In this document: one piece after another, positions 26,612-39,894 of the stretch
Position numbering within the stretch: the first letter of the stretch is position 1
Layout of the letters: each line of letters opens with the position of its first letter
NCBI GenBank assembly: GCA_951406725.2
Contig: OX597830.1
Span: 13,206,001-13,270,000 of the forward strand
DNA length: 64,000 nucleotides
From: Octopus vulgaris
Taxonomy: Eukaryota
Direction: 5' to 3'
Notes under the pieces: generated by a model
Told to the model about the DNA's origin: nothing
Seen by the model: only the letters and a program-made list of their open reading frames with translations
Databases searched by the model: none
Program-made: the position numbers and the translations under genes

Positions 26612-27200
26612 CTTTTAATTTAGATCATTTCCTGGTTTCAGTAAACACAATGGAGAAAGTGTTGCCTGAAGGATGGTGAGGGAAATGTGGTGGAGCATCC
26701 ACTTGTAGATAACCATCTCCACACTGATAGCGGTGAGCAGAGATATAGTCCGGGGTGCTGAGAATGCTGGAGGTCTCCACTGCCATAGGCTTGACCATAA
26801 ACCTGTCCGAGCTTGACTGATATCTTGACAGTTTGCTTTTCTCAGCCTGATAAGCAGTAGAGCCTGGGTTGGTAGCAGAACACACCAAGTTGTTGCTAGA
26901 AAAGGTGTTACAGCATATGGTATCCAGATGAGGGATCTACCGCAATTGCACGGGGAAGTTGTCATATCGTTGGGTGCCCCCATACTGTACCCTCAGTCTA
27001 GCCCTGCTGGCTTAAGCTGGGAAGGGCATTCTTGTTATGGTTTATGATTTTGTTAACGGTAGCATGGCGTGAAAGGTGGCTTGTACTATTGTGGCATGAC
27101 AGTGGGTGGAGGCCAAAAAATCGACAGTGCATTTGTGAGGCTCACAGATCTGGATGCCAAGCCTCAGGGACACACTGATACACAGAAAGTTGAGTGCCAG
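26612..27200 (-). mobile_element. RLE-type (CRE-like) non-LTR retrotransposon 3' fragment
   Basis: Frameshifted pieces P.DMTT.PCNCGRSLIW(D), SATNPGSTAYQAEKSKLSRY..DRFMVKPMAVETS and ISLTIL..GN match the restriction-like endonuclease C-terminus pattern. Clade assignment is tentative. Confidence 0.65.
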
Positions 27201-29008
27201 TCGTGAGTGATGGCAATCCATGTTTATGTAGCTATTAAAAATATCTACGTTGTGTAGCTTCCCTTTTGTATTAAAAAAGTGTTTTTTTTTTCCCCATTAC
27301 ATATACTAATTACTTTTGATGAAGCCTAAATTCAAAATTTGATAAAATGTCAGTGTAGCTATGCTGAACACACGGGAGAAAGAAATTAAAACAGCTTTCA
27401 AATATTTTAACAGCTAATTCCTTAATGGAAACATTAAAAGATAATGAAAATTGTAAAAATTTAGCAGAACAAGTTAAGATTTTATTAAAAGAAGTATGGA
27501 AAATATATTTTTGTTTCAAATTCAGAACAATAAAAGATGAGTTACAGTTGTTAAAGTGAAACTCACAAGATTAAAACTTATGGACGAATTGAATCCAAAA
27601 CAGTAAAGCCTTGGATTCATTATTATGAATCTTCTGGTGTCTTGCTTGCTACAATCAATCCAATACCTTTTTAATAAAATAATAAAGCCAACAAAATACC
27701 TGACTGCTTCTCATTTTTTCTTGTCTTATAAATCTTTCAACGAAATTTTTATTTTCTTAAATTTTTGCACTTTTTATCTTTTAATGTTTTCATTTAAATT
27801 GCCTTAAGGAATTAGCTGCTAAAATATTTGGAAGCTATTTTTAAATGGGCTATCATTTCATTAGATAAAGTATATAAGAAATGTTTGTTAAGGAATTTTA
27901 AAATGTCTGTTAGAAGAAGCAGAAGGGGGAAAAAAAAAATGAAACCCTCTCAAAATATTTTCTGAATTTTAATTAAAAATCTTTCATATCAATTAAAAAA
28001 AAATGTATTTTGCATGAAATATCATCTTCAATAGTAATTTTTTAAAAAACTGATGGAGTAATTGTTTTGAGACATCTACTGGCTGTAAAGGAAATGTGTA
28101 TGTGATATATTTCCATGTATATATACGTATATAACTTTTAGTTATTCCCTTTCCCTGTCCTTGTCATTAACATGCATCTCCCTGAAGCATTCCCCAACTA
28201 TTATTTGTTAAATAATGTGTGACAACTGGTTATCATTTGTTGTCAGTTTTGAATATCCAAGAGATGTTTGTCATTTGATATATAGGCAGCCAAATTAATG
28301 TTACGCATAATTGCAATGAGAATGGAAAGTCTATAAGCAATATAGCTATTGAGATTGTAATTAATATGCTAAAACTGAGGAATAGAGATCCAGCTAAAGT
28401 TGTTGCTATAATTGTTAATCTGCTTTTTGGTAATTGCCAAGATTAATCTTCTTTGCTTTGAATAATTGATAATGCCTGAAGCATCTGTAGTAGTGTAATT
28501 TTTCACTTCATGAAAAATTCACTTACTATTACTTAAGTTCATTTGATTTTTACAAGCAAATAAATCACTTAATGTTGTTTAAATTCGGTCTTTCAATACA
28601 TATATTTTTTTTTTTTTTAGAATTACAAATTACAATTTAGTTTTTGTCATATGAACATTATGGTTCTATAGGAATTAATAGTTTTTACCAATGTTTAACC
28701 TGCTAAAAGTTAGGAAATAAATGTGAATCTTTTCTGTTTTTGTATTTATCTTGTATATTTACTTAGATTCTTGTTACTAGAATTTTTGCTATTATATATA
28801 TATATGTATATATATAAGTAAGTTTTTCTTTGACTATTTGTGTTAATTCTAAGTCTCAAGCTGTTATAACTGATTCTAACCATTGTAATTTACATTTAAT
28901 TTATAGAACTCTATCTGAAATCAGGAATAGCCACTGTTTTTGTTTTTTGAGCCACTTAATATAAAAGGTGACTCTGAACATGTTTATATAATGCATCATT
29001 AGGAAAAA

Positions 29009-29577
29009 AGAATTTGGTACTACACAGTTCTAAAACAGAATTCGGTACTACACAGTTCTAAAATAGAATTCGGTACTACACAGTTCTAAAATAGAATTCG
29101 GTACTACACAGTTCTAAAATAGAATTCGGTACTACACAGTTCTAAAATAGAATTCGGTACTACACAGTTCTAAAATAGAATTCGGTACTACACAGTTCTA
29201 AAATAGAATTCGGTACTACACAGTTCTAAAATAGAATTCGGTACTACACAGTTCTAAAATAGAATTTGGTACTACACAGTTCTAAAATAGAATTCGGTGT
29301 TACACAGTTCTAAAATAGAATTTGGTACTACACAGTTCTAAAACAGAATTCGGTACTACACAGTTCTAAAATAGAATTCGGTACTTCACAGTTCTAAAAC
29401 AGAATTCGGTACTACACAGTTCTAAAACAGAATTCGGTACTACACAGTTCTAAAATAGAATTCGGTACTACACAGTTCTAAAATAGAATTCAGTACTACA
29501 CAGTTCTAAAATAGAATTCGGTACTACACAGTTCTAAAATAGAATTCGGTACTACACAGTTCTAAAATAGAATTGGT
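29009..29577. repeat. 28-bp minisatellite, 20 copies plus a partial copy
   Basis: Unit agaattcggtactacacagttctaaaat at an exact 28-bp period (unit 20 starts at 29541); few substitutions, no spacers. Confidence 0.97.
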
Positions 29578-31664
29578 CAAAGGATTGTTGGAAAAGACAT
29601 ATTGGAATATTTAAAATGTAAATAGGTTTCAAATGAAATTATATTCTTCCTAGTGAATGTTCTGACGTTTATTGATGTGTGAGAGAATAATATCAATAAG
29701 AAGCTTGCATGAATCTTTGAGATGTTTTGATGTGTCTGTGTGTTTTAGAGTGTTTCCAACCTTCAAACAAGCAGCTCCCTCTACTTCTAGGGAACTGGTA
29801 ATGTAATTTTCTTTGTTTTATTATAATTCTCCCGCATTGTGTTAAATTTTGTTGAAGGAAGATCAAGGAAGCACTATATAGTTTGCAGCGAATGAAAGTA
29901 TTAGCTGAAAACGTGAGTTTGATTCATCAAAAATCAGGAGTAAAATACAGTTTCTTAATAAGAGGCAAAATATAGTCCTTTGTGAAGTACTGTAGTTACT
30001 GATTAGACTGGATGATGTTAATATCTGGTAGCTACAAGCAGAAATATATTCCACATGAAATACAAATGACTTCTTTAATTTTCCAATTTTAACAAATAGC
30101 TCATGTGTTTTCAATTAAATAAGCCAAAACAAATAGCAAGTTTAAATTTGAACTCTTGGAATTTTGTCTGTTATTCTACATTTTGCATGTTGAAAATTTT
30201 TTTGCCATAAATATATTAGAAATCAATTTTTCCTTTTTTTTTTAAAAAATATTTTATTATGTTTTATTTGTAAAGTTATATCACACTTGCCATATTTGCT
30301 TACTTGCAGTCCACATTAGAATTATATTCTTCCATTTCTTTAAAGAATGTAGCTCTTGCTCTTGTTAGAAGCAGCAGCAGTTGTTGTTGTTGTTGTTGTT
30401 ATTATTATTATTATTATCATTATTATTAAAGATATAAATAAATATATTATTTTTATTTGTTAATAAATGAAAAAGAATTTCACAAAATACATCATCAAGG
30501 AAAAAAAAAAGTGGATAATATTTTTATTCAAAACATTTTAATATTTTTTTGTTTCAGTATATATTGGAAAATATATAATATTATTATTAAGCTTGCATTA
30601 TTATTAAGGAAATTTGAATCTACTGTTCGTTGTGATTTATTTTTTAGTTTACAGTTCTAAAAAAAAAAATTTTAATTTTAATTCCTATTTTTAGCATTAT
30701 AAAAGAAACTTAATGCTAATCAATTTTCATGTATAAAGTAAATAAAATTGCTTACAATCCCTTGAAGACAAAAGTCAATTTTAATATGTTCTTCAATAAA
30801 TAAATACATTTTTGAAAGAAATTTTTGTAAATCAAATTAATTGTATTCAAATTATATTATATGCTAAAATATTTTTTCCTATTGTTTAGTTTACATTTTA
30901 AAGTGTAAAGCTTCTACTATTTTTAAGTTGTTGGAATTTTCTACTTTTATTTGGCTAGTTTTTACTAAATTTTTTATAATGATCTGTTTTGTCATAAGGG
31001 AAATTTATTTTCTGGAACTTGTGTGAGAAATTCTTATTTAAATGCAATGTTTTGCGAGGAATTGTTATTTTGTTTCGAATCACATGACAACTTGCCTGTG
31101 TATCAACAAAGTCAAATCTCAGTTGCATATCATCCAAGATTGTTTCTGTTTTCTAAATATCTTCAACAATTGCAAGGTTCGTTGTCTTTCACAAAATTGG
31201 CTAAGATTATCCTAATCCTTACAACACTAGTATTTGCTTGCTGCTCAGTATTATTTTGCTTCCCTTTCTGTTAATCTGAGTCTGCTGTGTCTTTTGCACC
31301 ACCAAACTTGTTGCTAGTGTCTGATGGCTCCCCACATCAACATTGGTTACCTCATTTAGGATGTGCCGAGCATGCAAAATCATTAACATCACCATAAACA
31401 GAACTTGTACTCAAGCCAATGAAGTTGCCTCTTCATAGCCGTGTTACTTTCTAAAAAGAGCAGCTAATTTTCCTTTACATCACACTCTACCATTTTCAAA
31501 AAAAAAAAAAAAAAAAGAAAAAAGAGAGAAGCATAGTGTGGCTCAAGTTACAGTGTGTCCGGAAAAAAGTATGGGATGGTCCTAGTTGTAATGCATTTGA
31601 ATGTGGCAGGAGGAAAATGGCTGGTCTGAACAACAGAATTTAAGGAGTTGTAAAGATTGCCAAG

Positions 31665-31910
31665 CATAGATTGGCATATTTCGGTCATATTATGCGGAGA
31701 AAATCCCTGGAGAAGGACATCATGCTCGGAATGGTCAGTGGCAAGAGAGGAAGAGGCCGACCAAGAACCCGCTGGCTTGACACCATCAAGAGTGATATCG
31801 GAATGGACATAGCCAATCTGAAAGAAGTGGCCCAGGATAGAACTGACTGGAGGACACTGATCCAACGAGTGACCGAGAGTCGACTTCGACTGAGCGGATA
31901 GAGAGAGAAA
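31665..31910 (+). mobile_element. RTE (BovB-like) LINE 3' end
   Basis: LAYFGHIMRRKSLEKDIMLGMVSGKRGRGRPRTRWLDTIK...AQDRTDWRTLIQRVTESRLRLSG*, intact frame, short (AG)n tail. Confidence 0.9.
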
Positions 31911-32095
31911 GATTTTTGATGCAAAAAGTGTTAGGGGTACCAAAAAGTAATTTTGTATTTTGTATTTTCACGCAAGTAGTCATACCACAAATAGTTTATA
32001 AGTCAATAAAAATGTCCTTGCAATGAACCAATCAGCATAGAGTTAATGACCAAATGTTAATGTGGACTTGGTCTGTGTGTGTACATGCTCTATCT

Positions 32096-32242
32096 CAGTC
32101 ATGGGCAACCTGTGACCTACAGGACCTTCTAAATGGCATGCTTAATGAAAAAGTACTTTTAATTTCTTTTTAGTTGTGTAGTCTGCCTAATCACGAGCCA
32201 TGTGTCATGTGGCTTGTTCTGGATAAAGGTTGCCCATGCCTG
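32096..32242. mobile_element. hAT-type MITE with 8-bp TSD
   Basis: TIR cagtcatgggcaacct / aggttgcccatgcctg; TSD ctctatct at 32088-32095 and 32243-32250. Confidence 0.88.
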
Positions 32243-32973
32243 CTCTATCTGATAGTGTTCAGCCTCTGGCTGTTCTGATTCCCCTAAAGTGGCAGCAATG
32301 ATATTATCTGCAGCATCAGCCTCAACCACCCCTGGTATTGCAGGATCAATAGCTTTCATAGCAGAATTGACAATCTCTTGCTTTAAGACACTCAAAAGCT
32401 TTCAGTACTGAAGAGGGGTTGGGAAAATGTTTAGCAGTAACTAAAATATGAAGTTTCTCTTGGAAATTTCAGAATATAAATAGTAATAAGCAAATGTGCC
32501 CAAATCACGCTGCAAAGAAGTTGTACCTTTGAGGAAGATTGAGTTGTAAAACTATGCATATTCTAAATCTATTATTGATCTATTATTGATCACAGTCAAT
32601 CAAGTAGATTAATATATTTAGCAGAAAATGTACACTTTTCTTTGTTTAACCCTTTATCATTTAAACTGGCCATATCAGCCCGAGTATGGCAGACTGGCCA
32701 AACTCAGCCTTTCACACATGCCCTACAATGTCATTCTAAAAATAAACAATCATATCAAAATCTCGAAGCCATAATTTTCTAAAATTGAATAAAATAAATA
32801 AAATAATGATGAGCATATGTGCCCTTACGTGATGAACAAAATTAATAATAATAATAATAATAATAATTTCTTTTGTTTGCCACCAGGATGAGGGAGACAA
32901 GACAAAGACAAACACCAAGTGTGTAGGGGGTGGTGAGAAAAAAAACAACATACATATAAATGTATAGAAAGTA

Positions 32974-33847
32974 TACAAGGTGGTATCAAAAAAGTTCCCG
33001 AAGTAGTTCTGTAGCATGCCAACAGATGGCAGCACGTGGTTGTGTACACAGTGAGAACTTGCAGTGACCTTCATGAGGCACTGTGTTGAGTGACAGTGCT
33101 TTGTTTACTTCACAAGTTGTGAAATTTGTGTTTTTGTGATCACGTGTATACTGTAGTCTGCAATTTTATTATGGATAGGAACAAAGAACTAACATGAAAT
33201 TTGGTGTTAAATTTTGGAAGTCTGCTACGGAGACATTAAGCATGCTTAGGCAAGCAATGGGTCGTGTGCAGTGTTTCAGGTGGCACAACATCCTTGGAAG
33301 ACAATGAATGATCTGGAAGACCTGCCACCAGTGCTACTCCTGGAAATGTGGTATTGTGCATTGAGAATTTGTTTCCCAAGGCCAGGCTGTCAATCAAGAG
33401 TTCTACTGTGACATTTTGAAGTGTTTGAGGGAGGACAGTCAGCAAAAGTGAATGGATCTGTGAATTCTTCATGACAACATTGCATGCCATGAAGTTCTTC
33501 TTACTTGTGAGTTTCTTGCCGAAAACAACATGGTATTGCTTCCTCACCCGCACTATTTACCAGATTTAGCACTTGCAGACTTCCATCTCTTCCCCAAGGT
33601 GAAAAGGCAACTGAAAGGTTGCCATTTTAACACTATTGTTGAAATCCAGAACGAATTGCAGAAGGTCATCAACTTGCTTACAGAAAACGTCTCCCAGGCC
33701 AGATTCCAAAAGTGGCAGGAATGTAGGGACCAGTGTATTGCTGTGCAATGTGACTGTTTCAAAGGAGATGATGTTAAAACTTAGGTAGATAAGTTATTTT
33801 TTTTATTAACCATAACTGGTCCAGGAACTTTAGGATACCACCTTGTG
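32974..33847 (+). mobile_element. Mariner transposon relic, internally deleted
   Basis: TIRs caaggtggtatcaaaaaagttcc / ggaactttaggataccaccttg; LPHPHYLPDLALADFHLFPKVKRQLKG..FQKWQ..QCIAVQ.DCFKGD. Confidence 0.88.
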
Positions 33848-34094
33848 CACAGTACAATAAGACAGAAAAGAGAAGCATACATAGTATACAATAGTAAAAA
33901 TAAAATGAAATAAAAGGTGGGAATGATAGAGATATTGTCCTCCTGACACAGGAGAACATCTAGGGATAATCAAGGAACCTTACTATCCAAGATCTCCCTG
34001 AACACCAAGGGCAAGTGGCTTCTCCAATTCTTCTTCTCCAGCTCATTGGTCTATACTTAGAGCAGTATCATTCCACTCTTGCCATTTTGACAGT

Positions 34095-34285
34095 TTTCAA
34101 ATTTTTGGCTCACGGTCAGCAAGTTTAGGGAAGAGGTAAGTTGATTAGATCGACCTCAGTACTCAGCTGGTACTTATTTTATTGACCCTTTAAAGGTTGA
34201 AAGGCAATGTCGATCTTGGCGGATTTGGAACTCGGAGCATAATGATGGATGAAATGCCGCTAAGTGTTTTGCTCCAAGTGTTAAC
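34095..34285 (-). mobile_element. SINE family B, diverged
   Basis: 'ggtacttatttt.attgaccc...gaaaggcaatgtcga...ggatttggaactc' is the reverse complement of family B. Confidence 0.7.
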
Positions 34286-35149
34286 GATTCCCTACCAGCT
34301 TGCTGTCTAATAGTAATGTAACGTAAATAAAATGTCAACTGTTTTGGTGTGTGACTTTTGGCCCATCCTGTATATAGCCTCATTGTTTTTCCAAATCACA
34401 TGCTGTCTGTTCTGCTTCTGTCTTTCTCAGTAGACTCAAAACTTAAAAGTTACAGGAATGTTTTACCAATTTGGTTTAACTTTTTTTTTTTTTTTTCTTT
34501 TGTGAGATTTGTTCATTGATTTAGTTTTGTGTGTAAGAATGTATCTTGTTTTAACTGTAAATATGATTTAACTCATTTTGTTTTTACTTTCTGAAACATT
34601 CTCAGCATTTAAAGAATATGCTGTAGAACTTGTACATGAAGAACTTTATCACAAATGTTAGGATTTGGTTATGTCACAACATGTTTCATTTCTACACTCT
34701 GTTGATTTATCATTACAATATATAAACATGTTGTCTATGTATGTGTATGCTCACACACATGAATGGTTTTATATAATTTGTATACTTGTATTTATTCACT
34801 TATATAGGCGAGTGTAGATTTATGTATACTAAATGAAATTCTAATTAAATTCTCATTATACATAATTCAGAAATTGTTCTATGATCGTGGAAGAAATTTG
34901 ATTAATCTTGTTATTCAAAAACTTTGCAATATTAAAATTCTGTTGTGAACAGATTTTTTTCTTTATTGTTTGGATATTTGTTTGAATTAGAGTTTTAGTT
35001 ATCCACTATGCTGATGTCACCTGGATTGTGTGAGCATAGCAGATTAAACGCCAGGTGAACTGTGTTTGCGACTCATCTTGAGTTTCAGATTGGTCATACT
35101 CTACCTAATCTACATTTCATTTCTGTCGTGTTAGCTTTTATTAAGAACT

Positions 35150-35578
35150 GAACCCTCTGATTTCTTTGTCAAATGTAATGCTCATTTATTCCCCTTGTTT
35201 TGAATTAACCCTTTAGTGTTCACATTATTCTGCCAAAATTAATGCTTTTACATCCTCATTGTTTTGAACTAATCATGCATTAATGTTGTAGCTATGAGAT
35301 TTTGATGAGGTAGCTGTTAATTTTTAAAACGATCTTGTAGGGTTGGTGTGAGAGACCAGATCTGGCCAGTTTGAACATAAAACAGGCAGAATACTTTTGG
35401 CCGGATATGGCATGTTTAAATGCTAAAGGGTTAATCATGCATTACCTTGTGGCTTTGAGATTTCAATGATGTGACTGTTTATTTGTAGAATGAGCACGTA
35501 GGGTAGATATCAGAGTTTGAACATAGAACGAGTAGAATATTTTGGCCTGATATGGCTGGTTTAAATGCTAAAGGGTTG
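35150..35578. mobile_element. piggyBac-type MITE family 2; copy 35205-35434 nested in an older copy of the same family
   Basis: TTAA-ccctttag...ctaaaggg-TTAA splits 'gttttgaa|ttaa|tcatgcatta' of the outer copy, which ends tgctaaaggg at ~35575. Confidence 0.8.
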
Positions 35579-35753
35579 AAGAAGGACAATTGTAGACAGA
35601 TAAGCTTTTGACACAATGCATAAAGATAGACATCAGTAATACTTTAATATGAGGCATTTTCACCCTCACTTCCATTTCTGAGGTCTTTGTCTCAGTGCAG
35701 TACATATTGAACAGAAACTGTTTTGGAAGAGGATATATATATAAGCTACTCTG

Positions 35754-35982
35754 TTAACCCTTTCGTTACCAACCCGGCTGAAACCGCCTCTGGCTCTGTA
35801 GTACAAATGTCTTGTTTTTATAAGTTCTGAATTAAAATCTTCCACCAAACCTTAGTCACAATATATTTTCCTAACACTAGTTGAATGATAACTAAGTTAT
35901 TTTACTAAATTCTTTGTTATATTTAAAATAATTGAAAGAAACACAGAGCATCTCAAAATAAATACAGTAACGAAAGGGTTAA
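35754..35982 (+). mobile_element. piggyBac-type MITE family 1
   Basis: TTAA-ccctttcgttac...gtaacgaaaggg-TTAA. Confidence 0.93.
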
Positions 35983-36387
35983 ACAGTTTCGTTTTGTTTA
36001 TGTTTTTCAGGCTTTTGTACATACGTGTTTCATATGAATCATTTTGGCATTCTCATTCCATATTTATCAAAGCCAAACATTGATAAAGTAAAATATTTAA
36101 AGTAGTCGTTTATCGAACCTGTTCAATATCACTGTTCCTATGATTTGTGAGGGCTGTCAACGAATGAGAAGTGATTACAAGTTGAATAAAAAGGAAAATG
36201 TCCCATAAAATCTTCTCCACAGACAGCAAAGTTTGCACATGTAGCTTTTGGTATAAGTTTAGCATTTTCATCCCTCAGCTAGAGCATTCCCACTAGACCA
36301 TGAGATCCCTGGGGATCCTTATAAGATTTTTAGGGGTCCACATAAGCAAACTAGTAAATCGAGTCCTCACAGTACTATTTTAAGGGT

Positions 36388-36747
36388 CTTTTATTCCTTT
36401 CATCTTTTATTTGTTTCAGTCATTTGACTGCGGCCATGCTAGAGCACCACCTTTAGTTGAGCAATTTGACTCCAGGACTTTGTAAGCCTAGTACTTATTC
36501 TATTGGTCTCTCTTTTGTTGAATTGCTAAGTTACAAGGACGTAAACACACCAGCATCGGTTGTCAAGTGATGGTGGGGTGACTAACACAGATGCACAACC
36601 CGCCCCATCTACCAAATCCACCCACAAGGCTTCGGTTGGCTTGAGGCTATAGTAGAAGACACTTGCCCAAGATGCCACACAGTGGGACTGAACCCACAAC
36701 CATGTGGTTGGTAAGCAAGCTACTTACCACACAGCCACTCTTGTGCC
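36388..36747 (-). mobile_element. SINE family A nested in a hAT-like MITE relic (~36280-36976)
   Basis: Reverse complement of family A; the host ends gttgagaaccactg. Confidence 0.85.
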
Positions 36748-37000
36748 TATAAGAAATTTTGCTTTAGATGTATTTATTGCAAGAAACAGCTGGGTTTCTT
36801 TCTCTAACGTTTTACAGAGTTCAACCTACACAAGTTAATGTGTGGAAAACAAAATAGAATTTTGAAAGAAGCATCTATAAAACTAGTTTTTAAACATCAA
36901 ATGGGGATACGGTGGTCCACCAGAATAAAATGGTAACGAAAGGGGTGAAATGGTTAAAAAGAGTTGAGAACCACTGTACTAAACAATCAAATGCTTTACA

Positions 37001-37400
37001 GGCGCAGGAGTGGCTGTGTGGTAAGTAGCTTGTTTACCAACCACATGGTTCCGGGTTCAGTCCCACTGCGTGGCACCTTGGGCAAGTGTCTTCTACTATT
37101 GCCTCAGGCCAACCAAAGCCTTGTGAGTGGATTTGGTAGACAGAAACTGAAAGAAGCCCATCGTATATATGTATATATGTATGTATGTGTGATTGTGTGT
37201 CTGTGTTTGTCCCCCTAACATCGCTTGACAACCGATGCTGGTGTGTTTATGTCCTCGTTACTTAGCGGTTCGGCAAAAGAGACCGATAGAATAAGTACTG
37301 GGCTTGCAAAAGAATAAGTCCCGAGGTCGAGTTGCTCGATTCTCCAGCATGGCCGCAGGCAAATGACTGAAACAAGTAAAAGAGTAAAAGAGTAAAGAGA
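37001..37400 (+). mobile_element. SINE family A, full length
   Basis: ggcgcaggagtggctgtgtggtaag... through the (aaaagagt)n tail. Confidence 0.92.
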
Positions 37401-38058
37401 GTCTCGTTTGTAAAATAACAAAGATTAACTGCATTAGTATTTCACTGTATTCAAGTTTTCACCACATTGAAATTGAACTGCTGTTTGATTTGGCGCATAA
37501 GTGTTAAATTTGAGCCGAGCATCTGTATTTGGCTGCGCTTCTGCTTGCACACTTGCATTGTCAATGAAATCTTTCTTCCACTTTATACATTAATGATTAG
37601 TCAAGGAGAATGAAACACATGCAAACTGAGTTTTGCTCTTGTTTTGAATTTAGAAGAAAATATTATGATAAAACTATTTATCCCCCTGACTTGCAGTTCT
37701 CCAAACATCTTTACTCAAGTCTGTAGGTGGCTTTCTAGCCATTCCTTCTTAGAGTTTTTTTTTTTTTTCCCAGTACCTCATTAGGTCTGACAATTTACTG
37801 GTTGTATTGTTTGTATTTTTCAAATAGTTTTCCGTTTATTTATTTATTTATTTATTTATTTATTTGTTTATTTATTTTCCCCTCCCTCTATGTTTGTTGT
37901 CAGTGAAAAACTTCTGCACAGAGCAATCACATGATTTATAAATATTTATTACCATTTGACTTCCTCGTTCTCAAAAGTCATTAATTATTCACAACTTAAG
38001 ATAGTTGTCTACTACATATTCAACAATAACTCTGATTACACATTATTCTTGGTAATCT

Positions 38059-38263
38059 GGTGTGTGTGTGTGTGTCTGTGTGTGTGAAATATAAAATATA
38101 TTTATAGATATATGTATAATATATATATAAGTATATATGATGTATATGTAAATATATACATGTATGTGTGTGCATGTGTATACGTATAATATATATATAC
38201 ACACACATGTACATAATTTATATAATATATACAAATGCATATAGTATATACAAATACACCCAT

Positions 38264-38312
<49 letters not shown>

Positions 38313-38428
38313 CATACATTCTTAATCTATATATGTATACACATACATATCTATATGGATGTGTGTGTGTGTATAAATGTGTGTTTGAATGTGTGCGTGC
38401 ACAAGCGCACACACACACACAGACACAT

Positions 38429-38460
<32 letters not shown>
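38059..38460. repeat. Compound TA/TG/CA low-complexity tract
   Basis: Direct read. Confidence 0.9.
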
Positions 38461-38461
<1 letters not shown>

Positions 38462-39473
38462 AGTTAAGTAAAACAAAATCAGCACAAATGAATCCCATCA
38501 GATTTTATAATGAACTTCTCTGTTAACTAATCTATCACTTTCATTTGATTCTGGTTGACTATAACAGTTTTTGCTAATAACTCGGCTTGCTTCACTTCTT
38601 TTATATTGAAATTCTTAATTTTCATAATCATTTTAATTCATCTTTCAAACTTTTCTCTCTCTCTTTTTTTTTTTTGTATTATTTAATTAAAAAACGAAAA
38701 TTACTATTTTTGTATCTTCAAGTTTATTTAGTTATTTTTCAATTTTTATTTCACTTTATTATTTTTTAAAAATTCTTTTATTATCAGCATCGATGTGTGT
38801 TTCTTTCTATGTATGTGTGTTCACAAGAAATCTGTGATTATCTATGCTATCCACTAAATATTAAAAGCAGTGGAATCAATTTAGTTAAGCTACCATTTAG
38901 TTACTTTGGTATATGAATGCAAGACGAAAGTGAATGATTTTCCACGATCAATTTTCTAAACAGCAGCACTTCTTTTCTAGTGGCATCTCATCTATCATTA
39001 CAAGCTCTTAGTTTCTTCTCAGTGATAATAGTTCTGCAGAAAGCACCATTTCGTTATACTTTGTTCAGCAATAATTTGTCACTGACTGTTGGATTTTTCA
39101 TATAAAAGTAATTACCGAACCATATAAATATTATGTTCATGGCTTTTTTTTTAAATAGTATAAAGGTTAATTTTTTTTTTGAGTGGCTCTAATTTGTCAA
39201 AAATACCCATTTTATTGTGTTAGATGGAAATAGTTCTAACAAAGGATACGATGGCTGTTGAATTTTCGGTGTTTTGATACCTTATTCTTTAGTGTATCCT
39301 TTGGTCTCTGATTGTCATTATCTGCCTGCCTCCTGCTCATAATTTACAATATTTATTGTAAATACAAATGTTGATTCCTGAAGAAACCACTAGATTTTTT
39401 TGACTCATTATATTCCACACGTTTTCTTGATGTACTGCTTATGTTGCTAATCAGCAATACAACATTCTCTCTA

Positions 39474-39894
39474 TCTTTTTATCTTTTACTTGTATCAGTC
39501 ATTTACTGCGGCCATGCTGGGGCACCACCTTGAAGAATTTTGAGTCGAATGAATCAACACCAGTCTTTCTATTTTGCTAAATCTGGAAACTTATTCTCTT
39601 AGTCTAATTTGCTAAACTGCTAAGTTACAGGATTGTAAACACTGCAACACTGGATGTCAAACAGTGGCAGGCAACAAAGACAGACAGACAGACAGACACA
39701 CACACACACACACTCACACACACACACACACTGATGGGCTTTCAGTTCCCATCTACCAACTCCACTCACAAAATTTTGGTCAGCTCGAGGCTGTAATACT
39801 AGAAGACACTTGCCGAAGGTGCCACACAGTGGGGTTGAACCCATAACTCTGTGATTGGAAAGCTAGCTTCTTACTACACAGCCATGCCTGCACC
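39474..39894 (-). mobile_element. SINE family A, older full-length copy
   Basis: Reverse complement of family A from tail to head. Confidence 0.87.

Noticed and set aside
29009-29577. CRISPR array
   Set aside because: Units are contiguous with no unique spacers, there are no cas genes, and the context is a eukaryotic intron.
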